Of a stretch of DNA of 64,000 nt, positions 41,583 through 50,348 are shown one piece after another. Location of the stretch: IMG/VR virus record IMGVR_UViG_3300022074_000015, positions 1-64,000 of that record; one strand, 5' to 3'. Position 1 is the stretch's first letter; each line of letters begins with the position of its first letter. The notes beneath the pieces are model-generated. The model was not told where the DNA came from. It was given only the letters and a program-made list of their open reading frames with translations, and ran no database searches. The DNA comes from a virus. The translations under genes and the position numbers were made by a program.

Positions 41583-43118
41583 ATGTCAGAAATAAGAGTT
41601 AACAGTATTATTGGTGCTGATGGTGTAGGTTCGGTTGATCTTCCAAAAGGGAGTAGTGGTATTGGTACAGATTTAAAGTTTGCTCCACTTATCATAGACT
41701 ATAATCCTGAGGGTGGGTCTGATGGTATTGCTAATACACAAGATGTTGAATTTACATTTGATCAACCTATTCAATTTTCTGCTACAGCAGGAAACATACA
41801 AATATGGCAGAATCAAATTGGATCTCCGGGAATTTTATTAGAAACAATAGCTGTTGGTGGTAGTAATAATCCCAGCAACGCAACGATTAGTGGTAATGTA
41901 TTGACAATCAATCCTACGTCTATTCTACCAAACAGTAGTAAAATATTTGTTAAAATAGACACTGTTGGTGTTGCTAGCACTTTAGGATCTGAATTTGTAG
42001 GTGAAGATAGATATGGATTCACTACAGCATCTGGTGCCTTCCAAATGACTGGTGGAAATGAATTTACCACTGGTGGATACAAATATCATATTTTTGATGC
42101 CACAGGACCTCTTGTTGTATCTTCTCCTGGTGCTTCTGCCGTAAATGCTGCTATTATGGTAGTTGCTGGTGGTGGCGGTGGTGGATCTTATCCTGGGGGT
42201 GAACGATCTGGTGGTGGCGGTGGTGGCGGTGGTGTTATTCATTACGATGATATATCAAGATTTTCATCTGGATCATATACTGTAACGATTGGTGGTGGTG
42301 GTAATGGTCATAAACCATCAAGCACTGTTGTGGGTCAACGTGGAAATGATACTTATATCACAGACATTTCTACATCTTCCGATCTATACAGAGCGTTTGG
42401 TGGTGGAGGGGGATATTACGAAAACGCACCATGGCCTCAGACTTCACCCCTTAATCCGTGGAATCCTGGAATTAGACCATCTGATGGAGGATCTGGTGGT
42501 GGACGTAATTCCTATGCTCCTACTCCGAATGCACAAACTCAAGGATTAAATTTTGGTGGTTTTGGCACTAAGGGTCAGGGAAGTAGGGGTATGGGTAAAG
42601 GAAGTTCTCCATACAACAATAAGTATTACATGACCAGTGGAGGAGGTGGAGGAGCGAATGGTGAAGGTTTACCAGGATCCGAATATACTTCTCCACCAGC
42701 ACCACAAAATATTGGAATGAGGGGTGGTGCCGGTGGACAAGGAAGGGCAGTCCCCGAATTCCAAGGTCCAGTAATGGCACCACATATTCCTACTGTTTCA
42801 GTACCTACTTTTGCTCCTCGTGTGGGTCCACAAGGTTATTATGGTGGAGGAGGTGGAGGAGGTGCAGGTTATTTTCCCACTTATTCCGGTTACCGCTTTC
42901 ACGGCGGTGCTCCTGGACAAGGTGGTGGTGGACATGGCGGATTCTATGATCCAACTCAACCAAGTCCACATTCTTTTAATGCTCCAAGCCCTAATTATGC
43001 TGAGCATGGAGTATATGGTACCGGTGGCGGTGGTGGAGGTAATCGGGGTCCCTACACTTCCTATTATGCTGGCAACGGTGCATCTGGTATTGTTATGATT
43101 AGATACTCATACCCTTAA
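41583..43118 (+). CDS. Ig-like + glycine-rich adhesin paralogue 3
   Basis: Same architecture as 38320. Confidence 0.75.
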   Translation: MSEIRVNSIIGADGVGSVDLPKGSSGIGTDLKFAPLIIDYNPEGGSDGIANTQDVEFTFDQPIQFSATAGNIQIWQNQIGSPGILLETIAVGGSNNPSNATISGNVLTINPTSILPNSSKIFVKIDTVGVASTLGSEFVGEDRYGFTTASGAFQMTGGNEFTTGGYKYHIFDATGPLVVSSPGASAVNAAIMVVAGGGGGGSYPGGERSGGGGGGGGVIHYDDISRFSSGSYTVTIGGGGNGHKPSSTVVGQRGNDTYITDISTSSDLYRAFGGGGGYYENAPWPQTSPLNPWNPGIRPSDGGSGGGRNSYAPTPNAQTQGLNFGGFGTKGQGSRGMGKGSSPYNNKYYMTSGGGGGANGEGLPGSEYTSPPAPQNIGMRGGAGGQGRAVPEFQGPVMAPHIPTVSVPTFAPRVGPQGYYGGGGGGGAGYFPTYSGYRFHGGAPGQGGGGHGGFYDPTQPSPHSFNAPSPNYAEHGVYGTGGGGGGNRGPYTSYYAGNGASGIVMIRYSYP

Positions 43119-43150
43119 ATACTAAATAGTCAAACGATAGGTTCAGATAA

Positions 43151-44746
43151 ATGTCATCTACTTTAAGAGTAAATACAATCACTAATAGCACCGGTGACGG
43201 AGCTGTTGATTTTCCTAGGGGAATAACTGGTGATGGATCTAATTTGAACTTTGATCCAAAGATTATCGGTCATACCCCTACTTTCTTTGGCACTGATGTA
43301 CCAATTGAAACAAATATCACAATTACTTTCAATCAGAATGTTAAATTTTGGGGATCTGGGACTATTGAAATAAGAGAGGGATCATCTTCAGGAACTGTTG
43401 CTTTCTCTTTTTCTATTACTAATAATACTGGCGGATCTGGACTGCAGATTGTAAATGAAAAATTAATAATCACACCATCATCAAACTTATCGTATAATAA
43501 AACATATTTCGTAGTAATCCCATCAAACGGTATTGCTGGTCAAACTAGTGAAATCTATTTTGCTGGAGATAATACATATTCGTTCCAGACTTTAACAGCT
43601 GCATTTTTAATGTCTGGTGGATCACAGGAATTTATTGTATATAATTCTTCATCGCCTACAAATTATTACAAATATCATATATTTACAGGAACATCGTCAT
43701 TTACTTTAGCAAATCCATCGTCTAGTGCTACAGGATTTGCATTGATGATGGTAGCAGGAGGCGGCGGTGGTGGTGGATATCCTAGTAGCTATCGTGGTGG
43801 TGGTGGAGGTGGAGCAGGAGGTCTAATAACAAGAACTGGACCTTCGTTAGGATTATCTGCCGGAACTTATAATATGACTATTGGTGCTGGTGGATATGGA
43901 TATTATACTCCAAATCCAAATCCATCATATAGCAATCAACAATACTCCCAGCAAGGATTTGATACTCACATAACACCACCAACGTCACCAACCTCATATA
44001 ACTTAAGAGCATATGGTGGTGGAGCAGGAGGTACCTATAGTGGATATTATACTAATACCGGTAATCTTGTTCCTGAGCCTTCTGGTGCTGGAACTGGTGG
44101 TCCTGGTGGATCTGGTGGTGGATCATATTCGCACTATAATATTTCTGCTACTCAACCGAACGTTCACCCCGGTGGTTCTGGTGTCAGTGGACAGGGACAT
44201 CCTGGAGGTGGTAATACATACTATCAGCCACCTGGAAATGGTTCTGTAGGTGGCGGCGGTGGCGGCGCGGGAGGTGCCGGAGGAAGAGCAAATTCTAATG
44301 GTAGTTCCACTCCAAACTCTAATTATTGGTATGCTGGTCATGGTGGACCTGGACTTTCTGTACCTAGTTTCCCATTCATTGATGTATTTTCTGGTGGAAT
44401 AATTCCAGCACCCGATTTCCCTATGGAATCTCAGGAAAGAACTAACGGAACCTTTGCCGGTGGTGGAGGAGGTGGTGCTGGTCCTAGCAGTGGAAGTAGT
44501 GGAACCTATCGTGGATTGGGCGGCAGTGGCGGTGGCGGAACAGGTGGTGGAACTCAAAATCCTTCAGAACCAGATTATCCATCTCCTCCCGGAAATCCTC
44601 AAAGCAGTTCTTACGGTGATAATGGTGCCAAATGCAGTGGTGGCGGTGGAGGTGGCGCACGAGAGTCTGCTACTTCATACTATGCAGGAAATGGTGGTTC
44701 GGGTCTTGCTATGATTAGATATGCATACCCAGCAGCATTGCTGTAA
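43151..44746 (+). CDS. Ig-like + glycine-rich adhesin paralogue 4
   Basis: Same architecture as 38320. Confidence 0.75.
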   Translation: MSSTLRVNTITNSTGDGAVDFPRGITGDGSNLNFDPKIIGHTPTFFGTDVPIETNITITFNQNVKFWGSGTIEIREGSSSGTVAFSFSITNNTGGSGLQIVNEKLIITPSSNLSYNKTYFVVIPSNGIAGQTSEIYFAGDNTYSFQTLTAAFLMSGGSQEFIVYNSSSPTNYYKYHIFTGTSSFTLANPSSSATGFALMMVAGGGGGGGYPSSYRGGGGGGAGGLITRTGPSLGLSAGTYNMTIGAGGYGYYTPNPNPSYSNQQYSQQGFDTHITPPTSPTSYNLRAYGGGAGGTYSGYYTNTGNLVPEPSGAGTGGPGGSGGGSYSHYNISATQPNVHPGGSGVSGQGHPGGGNTYYQPPGNGSVGGGGGGAGGAGGRANSNGSSTPNSNYWYAGHGGPGLSVPSFPFIDVFSGGIIPAPDFPMESQERTNGTFAGGGGGGAGPSSGSSGTYRGLGGSGGGGTGGGTQNPSEPDYPSPPGNPQSSSYGDNGAKCSGGGGGGARESATSYYAGNGGSGLAMIRYAYPAALL

Positions 44747-44777
44747 TAAATAACAAAGAAAGAGGTATTAAATTAAA

Positions 44778-45200
44778 ATGGCTCATTTTGCTGAATTAGA
44801 TTCAAATAACGTTGTGACGAGAGTTATTGTCGTCGCAGACGCTGACACTACTGATGAAAACGGTACTGAAACTGAAGCAGTTGGTGTCGCTTACCTAAAA
44901 GGACTTTTTGGTGAAAATACCAAATGGGCAAAAACATCATACAATGCTAACATCAGACTCAGATATGCTGGTCCTGGATCCATATTTGATGCTGAAAAGG
45001 ATTGTTTTCTTGCTCCAAAACCATTTGATTCTTGGACTTTGAATAGTGCCACGCCTTACGAATGGGAAGCACCTGTAACGATGCCAACTACGACTGGGGA
45101 AATGGATGAGCATGGTATAGTTTGGGAGTGGAATGAATCTTCTTATAAGGCAGATTCTACTAAAGGATGGGTGTTAAGTAGTCCAATTCCAACAGAATAA
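44778..45200 (+). CDS. MAH[FY]A-family tail-associated protein
   Basis: Paralogue of 17436..17840; GAGGT RBS. Confidence 0.75.
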   Translation: MAHFAELDSNNVVTRVIVVADADTTDENGTETEAVGVAYLKGLFGENTKWAKTSYNANIRLRYAGPGSIFDAEKDCFLAPKPFDSWTLNSATPYEWEAPVTMPTTTGEMDEHGIVWEWNESSYKADSTKGWVLSSPIPTE

Positions 45201-45203
45201 TAT

Positions 45204-45232
45204 TTGACATTACATCATAATTGAACTATAAT
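45204..45232 (+). promoter_or_regulatory. Consensus sigma70 promoter
   Basis: TTGACA-N17-TATAAT. Confidence 0.88.
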
Positions 45233-45259
45233 TTAAATTGAACAATAGGAGTGTGAAAA

Positions 45260-45880
45260 TTGGCATTTCAAAGTGTTTGGTACTTCAGTGATATTCCTGA
45301 AGACGTTGTCACTATTTTAGAAAAAGATCTTGTAGATAAGTTTGACCATGAAATGGGTGATTCTCGTCTTATGGGTGATGCTCTGAATAAAGATAAGCGC
45401 AACTCAAAAAATGCATGGGTTCCATCCTCTCATTGGTTGGGAGGATTCATGTGGCATTATATTGAACGTGCAAATCGTGAAAACTTTTTGTATAATCTTC
45501 ATTGTATTGATGGAGAATCCATGCAGTACACACAGTATGGACCCGGACAATTTTATGGTTGGCACAATGACTCAGGTCTTGCCTGTCATTACAAACCAGC
45601 AAGTGTTGGCAACAGAATGGAAGGTAGAGCACAAGACTTTGTTAACGAGAATACCGAACTAGTTCGTAAACTTTCATTTGTTCTTCAACTTTCTGATCCT
45701 GATGATTATGAAGGTGGAAATCTTCAATTACTTGATGAGGCAGGTAAGTCATACTTTGCCCCCAGAAAACGTGGTTGTGTAATTCTTTTTGATTCTCGTA
45801 CTCAACATCGTGTTCTTCCTGTTAAGTCTGGTCTCCGTAAGTCTATCGTTGGGTGGACTGTTGGTCCTCGTTGGAAGTGA
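45260..45880 (+). CDS. 2OG-Fe(II) oxygenase (prolyl-hydroxylase/PKHD-like)
   Basis: WHND...RKLS...YEGG...HRV...R.SIVGW; AGGAG RBS with TTG start. Confidence 0.9.
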   Translation: MAFQSVWYFSDIPEDVVTILEKDLVDKFDHEMGDSRLMGDALNKDKRNSKNAWVPSSHWLGGFMWHYIERANRENFLYNLHCIDGESMQYTQYGPGQFYGWHNDSGLACHYKPASVGNRMEGRAQDFVNENTELVRKLSFVLQLSDPDDYEGGNLQLLDEAGKSYFAPRKRGCVILFDSRTQHRVLPVKSGLRKSIVGWTVGPRWK

Positions 45881-45888
45881 GGTAAATC

Positions 45889-46614
45889 ATGGCAGAAGGA
45901 ATGAATCATGAGCAAATTCAGCATCAAGAAAGAATTAATAGTGGAACCTCCTGGACAAATAATGAACAATTTGACAAGGATGGATATATTGTTGTAAAAG
46001 ATTTGTGGGATCCTAAAGAATTATTTGTTCCTGTTCCAGAAATTAGAGGACAAATAAATTATTGGGGTAAAAGAGAAGATCAATACAATCATACACCTCT
46101 AGAAGGACAAGTAGAAGGTTCTTTGGCTTGTTATACACGCCCACAATATAAAAGTATTCACTCGGGTATAAGACTTAAGTTAGAGAAGATCATTGGCAGG
46201 AAGTTATCTAATACTTACTACTATGATCGTTTTTATTTTGCTGGTCAAGGATTGGCACTTCATGCCGACAGACCTGCTTGTGAAATATCTGTTAGTGTTC
46301 ACATCAGCACTAATTTTGAGGAGTGTTGGCCACTTTGGATTAAAACTCCAGATACTTATACCGATAAGCACAAAAATATAGTTAAAGAATCTGGTGAATC
46401 GCGTTCTGTATGTTTAAACGCTGGTGATGGTATGATCTATAAAGGTTGTGAACGACCACATTGGAGAGATCCACTTCCATCTAGGCATACTGGAAATTAT
46501 TTCATCCGAAAACTTGGACAAAAAGACGATACTTTTTATCATCAAGTATTCTTTCATTATGTTCTTACTGATGGAGAACGTGCTCAATGTGCTAATGATA
46601 TGGCGAGGGAATGA
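45889..46614 (+). CDS. 2OG-Fe(II) oxygenase-like protein
   Basis: LHADRPACEIS...GDGMIYKG...HWR...FFHY. Confidence 0.75.
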   Translation: MAEGMNHEQIQHQERINSGTSWTNNEQFDKDGYIVVKDLWDPKELFVPVPEIRGQINYWGKREDQYNHTPLEGQVEGSLACYTRPQYKSIHSGIRLKLEKIIGRKLSNTYYYDRFYFAGQGLALHADRPACEISVSVHISTNFEECWPLWIKTPDTYTDKHKNIVKESGESRSVCLNAGDGMIYKGCERPHWRDPLPSRHTGNYFIRKLGQKDDTFYHQVFFHYVLTDGERAQCANDMARE

Positions 46615-47246
46615 TGAAAACATTAGAACAAATTTTTGATAATGTGGAGTTGATTGGACAAACTCCAAATATGATCATGAAGGTTCAATTGCCAGACTTC
46701 ATCTTTGATGAAGTTAAATCTTGGATTGAACCATGTAGGTCAATTAAAGACAATGAATATGCTGAGTTACTTAATCATCGTAACGTAGGTACCGGTCACA
46801 ATTCATATCAAACTGGAATTGCCAAGAAGTATATCGACAACACTTATTTTCTTGGTTATGTTATTAACATTGCTGAACTGTATTTGAAAACGATCAACCA
46901 TCAAGGTGTAAATCCGGATGGTAGTTTCTATCGAAAAGTAGTAATGCGTGATAGTTCAGGTCATTATGATGGTTATGATATTTGGATGAATTTCACTTAT
47001 AAAGGGGATGATAATCCAATACACAATCATGCTGGTAGTCTTTCATCTATCATTTACGTTAAAGATGAAGATAGTCAACCAACAATTTTTCCATCACTGA
47101 ATTATATTCATCAACCAAAAGAGGGAGAAATGTTGTTGTTCCCGAATCATCTTGAACACATGGTTGAAGAAAAACAAACAGAATCTGAAAGGATTTCTAT
47201 TTCATATAATTTAAATATACTTCAATCACAGGAACAAAGGTATTGA
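46611..47246 (+). CDS. 2OG-Fe(II) oxygenase-like protein (TIGR02466-like)
   Basis: WMN...NPIHNH..LSSIIY...FP..LEHMV...RISISYN. Confidence 0.8.
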   Translation: MMKTLEQIFDNVELIGQTPNMIMKVQLPDFIFDEVKSWIEPCRSIKDNEYAELLNHRNVGTGHNSYQTGIAKKYIDNTYFLGYVINIAELYLKTINHQGVNPDGSFYRKVVMRDSSGHYDGYDIWMNFTYKGDDNPIHNHAGSLSSIIYVKDEDSQPTIFPSLNYIHQPKEGEMLLFPNHLEHMVEEKQTESERISISYNLNILQSQEQRY

Positions 47247-47250
47247 TATT

Positions 47251-47278
47251 ACCGAGCAGTAAAATGCTCGGTTTTTTT
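47251..47278 (+). terminator. Rho-independent terminator
   Basis: ACCGAGCA-GTAAAA-TGCTCGGT plus T run. Confidence 0.85.
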
Positions 47279-47302
47279 ATAAATATCTAAAAAGCACATA
47301 TA

Positions 47303-47851
47303 ATGTCCCAGACAAGAGCACAATTATTATCTCCTGTTGGTATTTTTACTGGTACAGGTATCAGTATAAATGGCATTATTACTGCTACTAGCTTCGTAGG
47401 AGATGGTTCTGGTCTTATAAATGTCGCTGGTGGTGGAGGCGGAGCAGGATCTCTTATTGTAAAAGATAGTGGAACCTTAGTCGGAACTATCGGAACGATA
47501 GATTTTGGTGCTGGTATGAATGTTACTGATGCTATTGCTGGCATCGTAACCGTAACTGCTGCAGATTCAAATACCACTTATACTCAAGATTCAGTTGCCT
47601 CTGGTGATAATGTAAATCTAAGATTGAGTGGTAACGATTCATCTACGGATGATATTTTAGTAACAGCAGGTAATAATATAACTATTACATCTGTAACCTC
47701 TAATGGTTTTACCATCAACAGCACATCTGTGGAAGCAACTAAAGTTTTAACAATTGGTGTTAGGACAGGTGCTGCTGTTTCATTTGCACTACCTTCCAGC
47801 ACATTTAATGTTATTGGAAGAAGTGGGAATAACATTCCTATCACAGTATAA
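47303..47851 (+). CDS. Short fibre/connector protein
   Basis: GIITATSFVGDGSGL motif; C-terminal LTIGVRTGA similar to 34327. Confidence 0.7.
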   Translation: MSQTRAQLLSPVGIFTGTGISINGIITATSFVGDGSGLINVAGGGGGAGSLIVKDSGTLVGTIGTIDFGAGMNVTDAIAGIVTVTAADSNTTYTQDSVASGDNVNLRLSGNDSSTDDILVTAGNNITITSVTSNGFTINSTSVEATKVLTIGVRTGAAVSFALPSSTFNVIGRSGNNIPITV

Positions 47852-47880
47852 TACTAAATAGATAAAAATAGTTCTTTAAA

Positions 47881-48948
47881 ATGGCTGATAGGTTTCCACT
47901 AATTGCCAATACTAGTGCTAACCAGATACAAGAGATTGGGTCTGGAGATAACTTAGACTTAACGGGAAATAATATAACAGGTGTTTCAAACGTTGATGCT
48001 ACCAACATCAGCCTTACTGAAAACATTAATGTTACTGGAGTATCAACTTTTGCTGGGCAAACTTTTATTCCTAATGTTACTGGAGTATCTACGTTTGCTT
48101 CTGATGTAGATTTAAGTGCTGATCTTGCTGTTGGTGGAGCAACTAATCTTACTCATCTTTCGGTGAGTGGTATTTCAACATTAGCATCACTTACATTTGC
48201 TTCTGTCGGTAATGATACTGAACTTACTGAAGATGGTGGATCTATTGTTATAAATTCTGCCGAACTTCATCACAGTGGATCAAAAAAACTTGAGACTACT
48301 AACTCTGGAGTTATCGTAACTGGTGGTGTAACGGCAAGTTTATTTACTGGTAATGGTTCTGGATTGACAGATGTTGTTGGTCAAGGATCTGGTGTTCAGG
48401 TTAAAGATAATGGTAGCACTGTAGGTGTTGCCGCAACAATTAATTTCGGTGGTAATTTATATGTTAGTGGTTTATCTAATGGTTCTGTAACAGTATCATC
48501 TGGTGGTATTGATTCTGGATATTTTGAACTCAATAGTGTAGGTATTCACACTCTATCTCGTGTTGGTGTCGGAACTGATAATCCAACTGTTCCTTTAGAA
48601 GTTCTTGGAAATATTAAATCAAGTGCTACAATAGCAGCACAAGATTTTAACACGACGTCAGATTTAAATCTGAAAGAAAACGTAGAAGATATTGTTGGAG
48701 CACTTGATAAATTAAGTAGGATTAGGGGTGTAAGTTTTGATTGGGTTGGACGTGAAGAATCGTCTTTGGGAGTGATCGCACAGGAAGTTGAATCTGAATT
48801 CCCAGAAATAGTTTCAAGCACGGAACCAAAACAAGTAAATTATAATGGATTAATTGGTGTTTTAGTTGAGGCAGTCAAGGAGTTGAAGTTGGAAAATGAA
48901 TTATTGAGAGCACAAATTCACGATATTATGAACACAATAAATAGCTAA
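47881..48948 (+). CDS. Tail fibre with C-terminal S74 chaperone
   Basis: N-terminus shared with 36319; TSDLNLKEN...GVIAQEVE...VNYNGLIGVLVEAVK. Confidence 0.85.
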   Translation: MADRFPLIANTSANQIQEIGSGDNLDLTGNNITGVSNVDATNISLTENINVTGVSTFAGQTFIPNVTGVSTFASDVDLSADLAVGGATNLTHLSVSGISTLASLTFASVGNDTELTEDGGSIVINSAELHHSGSKKLETTNSGVIVTGGVTASLFTGNGSGLTDVVGQGSGVQVKDNGSTVGVAATINFGGNLYVSGLSNGSVTVSSGGIDSGYFELNSVGIHTLSRVGVGTDNPTVPLEVLGNIKSSATIAAQDFNTTSDLNLKENVEDIVGALDKLSRIRGVSFDWVGREESSLGVIAQEVESEFPEIVSSTEPKQVNYNGLIGVLVEAVKELKLENELLRAQIHDIMNTINS

Positions 48949-48956
48949 AAATTCCA

Positions 48957-50348
48957 ATGTATATCGGAAGACCCCAAAAGACTGGACCCTATATTACACT
49001 GGATGATATTTCAAGCCAGTTCAATGGTGTAGATGTAACATTTAATCTTACCACTGGCGGTAGTCCTTTCTTTGCTGATAATCCATATACAGTATTCTTA
49101 TCACTAAATGGTGTCATTCAAGAACCAGTTAGTGCTTTTACAATTGTTGGTGATCAGGTTACATTTGCTAATCCACCATTATCGAATGCTAATTTCTTTG
49201 CCACTGTTCTTGGATCAACATTTAATAGAGAAATAAGAAACGCAACAAGTCTTGCTACTGGTGTTAACGTAACTGCTGGTGATATTTCTTGTAATGCTCT
49301 TTCGTCTTCCGGAACTGTATCTGCTACTTCTTTCGTAGGTGATGGATCTCAACTTAGTGGTATTGATGCCACTTCACTTATAGATCAAAACGGCACAGTA
49401 AGAGCACAAGCAAATTCTGCTGGTCTTGTCGTTACTGGTATTCTTACTGCCACTCAGTTTGATGGTGTAGATGTTACTGCTCTACGTGATAGTGCCGGTG
49501 GTAATATTATAGTTCAGGCAAATCCTGGCGGTGTTGTTATTAATGGTATTGCTACAGCAACTACCTTTGTTGGTAACCTGACAGGTAGTGTAACAGGTAA
49601 CACCTCTGGAACTGCTGGTGGACTTACGGGTACTCCAAACATCACCGTTGGTTCTGTAACAGCTGCTTCTGGATCCTTTAGTGGTGATGTCAATATTGGC
49701 GGGGTCCTCACTTACGAAGATGTCACTAATATTGATTCTGTTGGACTTATTACCGCCAGAAGTGGTATTCATGTTGGAACTGGTGTTACATATACCGAAG
49801 ACCTTGTTGTTGATGGTGATGCCAGAATCACTGGGATTTTAACAATTGGCACTGGTACGGTTACCATTGATGGTAATAATAACTCTGTTAATATTGGTGC
49901 TGGCGTAACATTACATACTATTACGTCATCAGTTAATCAATTAGAAGTTACTGGTGTTTCTACCTTTGTAGGAGTTACTACTTTTGTAAATAGTATATAC
50001 ATTGGTGATACATTAAATGTACCAAATGTTATCATATCCGGTAATACTTTTGGTGAAGATGTAGATACCAGAAACATAAATGCTTCTGGTATTATTACTG
50101 CCACAAATGGATTTAATCTTGGAATTAGTTCTACTGGAACTAGTATAACTAATAGTGGTGCAGTAACTACATTAAACTTTGTCGGTGCTGGTAACAGTAT
50201 TTCATATGATTCCGGAACAAAAACAGTTGATATTAGTATTTCAAGTGGTTCTGATTCTGGTATTGTAATTGTTGACGGTGGAGATTTTAATTCATCCAGT
50301 TCTATTGCTGGTGCTGGTTCAGAAATAAACGGAGGAGAATTTACCTAA
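48957..50348 (+). CDS. Tail fibre-like protein
   Basis: LDDISSQFNG, LNGVIQEP, LTYEDVTN; C-terminal DGGDF/NGGEF. Confidence 0.7.
   Translation: MYIGRPQKTGPYITLDDISSQFNGVDVTFNLTTGGSPFFADNPYTVFLSLNGVIQEPVSAFTIVGDQVTFANPPLSNANFFATVLGSTFNREIRNATSLATGVNVTAGDISCNALSSSGTVSATSFVGDGSQLSGIDATSLIDQNGTVRAQANSAGLVVTGILTATQFDGVDVTALRDSAGGNIIVQANPGGVVINGIATATTFVGNLTGSVTGNTSGTAGGLTGTPNITVGSVTAASGSFSGDVNIGGVLTYEDVTNIDSVGLITARSGIHVGTGVTYTEDLVVDGDARITGILTIGTGTVTIDGNNNSVNIGAGVTLHTITSSVNQLEVTGVSTFVGVTTFVNSIYIGDTLNVPNVIISGNTFGEDVDTRNINASGIITATNGFNLGISSTGTSITNSGAVTTLNFVGAGNSISYDSGTKTVDISISSGSDSGIVIVDGGDFNSSSSIAGAGSEINGGEFT

Larger units (their letters stand above)
2909..48943 (+). promoter_or_regulatory. Dispersed T4-type late promoter cores (TAAATA) heading structural modules
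   Basis: TAAATA at gene junctions at 2909, 2945, 15736, 17838, 18275, 21987, 28349, 30300, 30739, 32549, 34293, 36292, 36762, 37863, 43116/43123, 44747, 47280, 47855 and 48938, often TAAATA-NN-TAAAAA. Confidence 0.75.
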
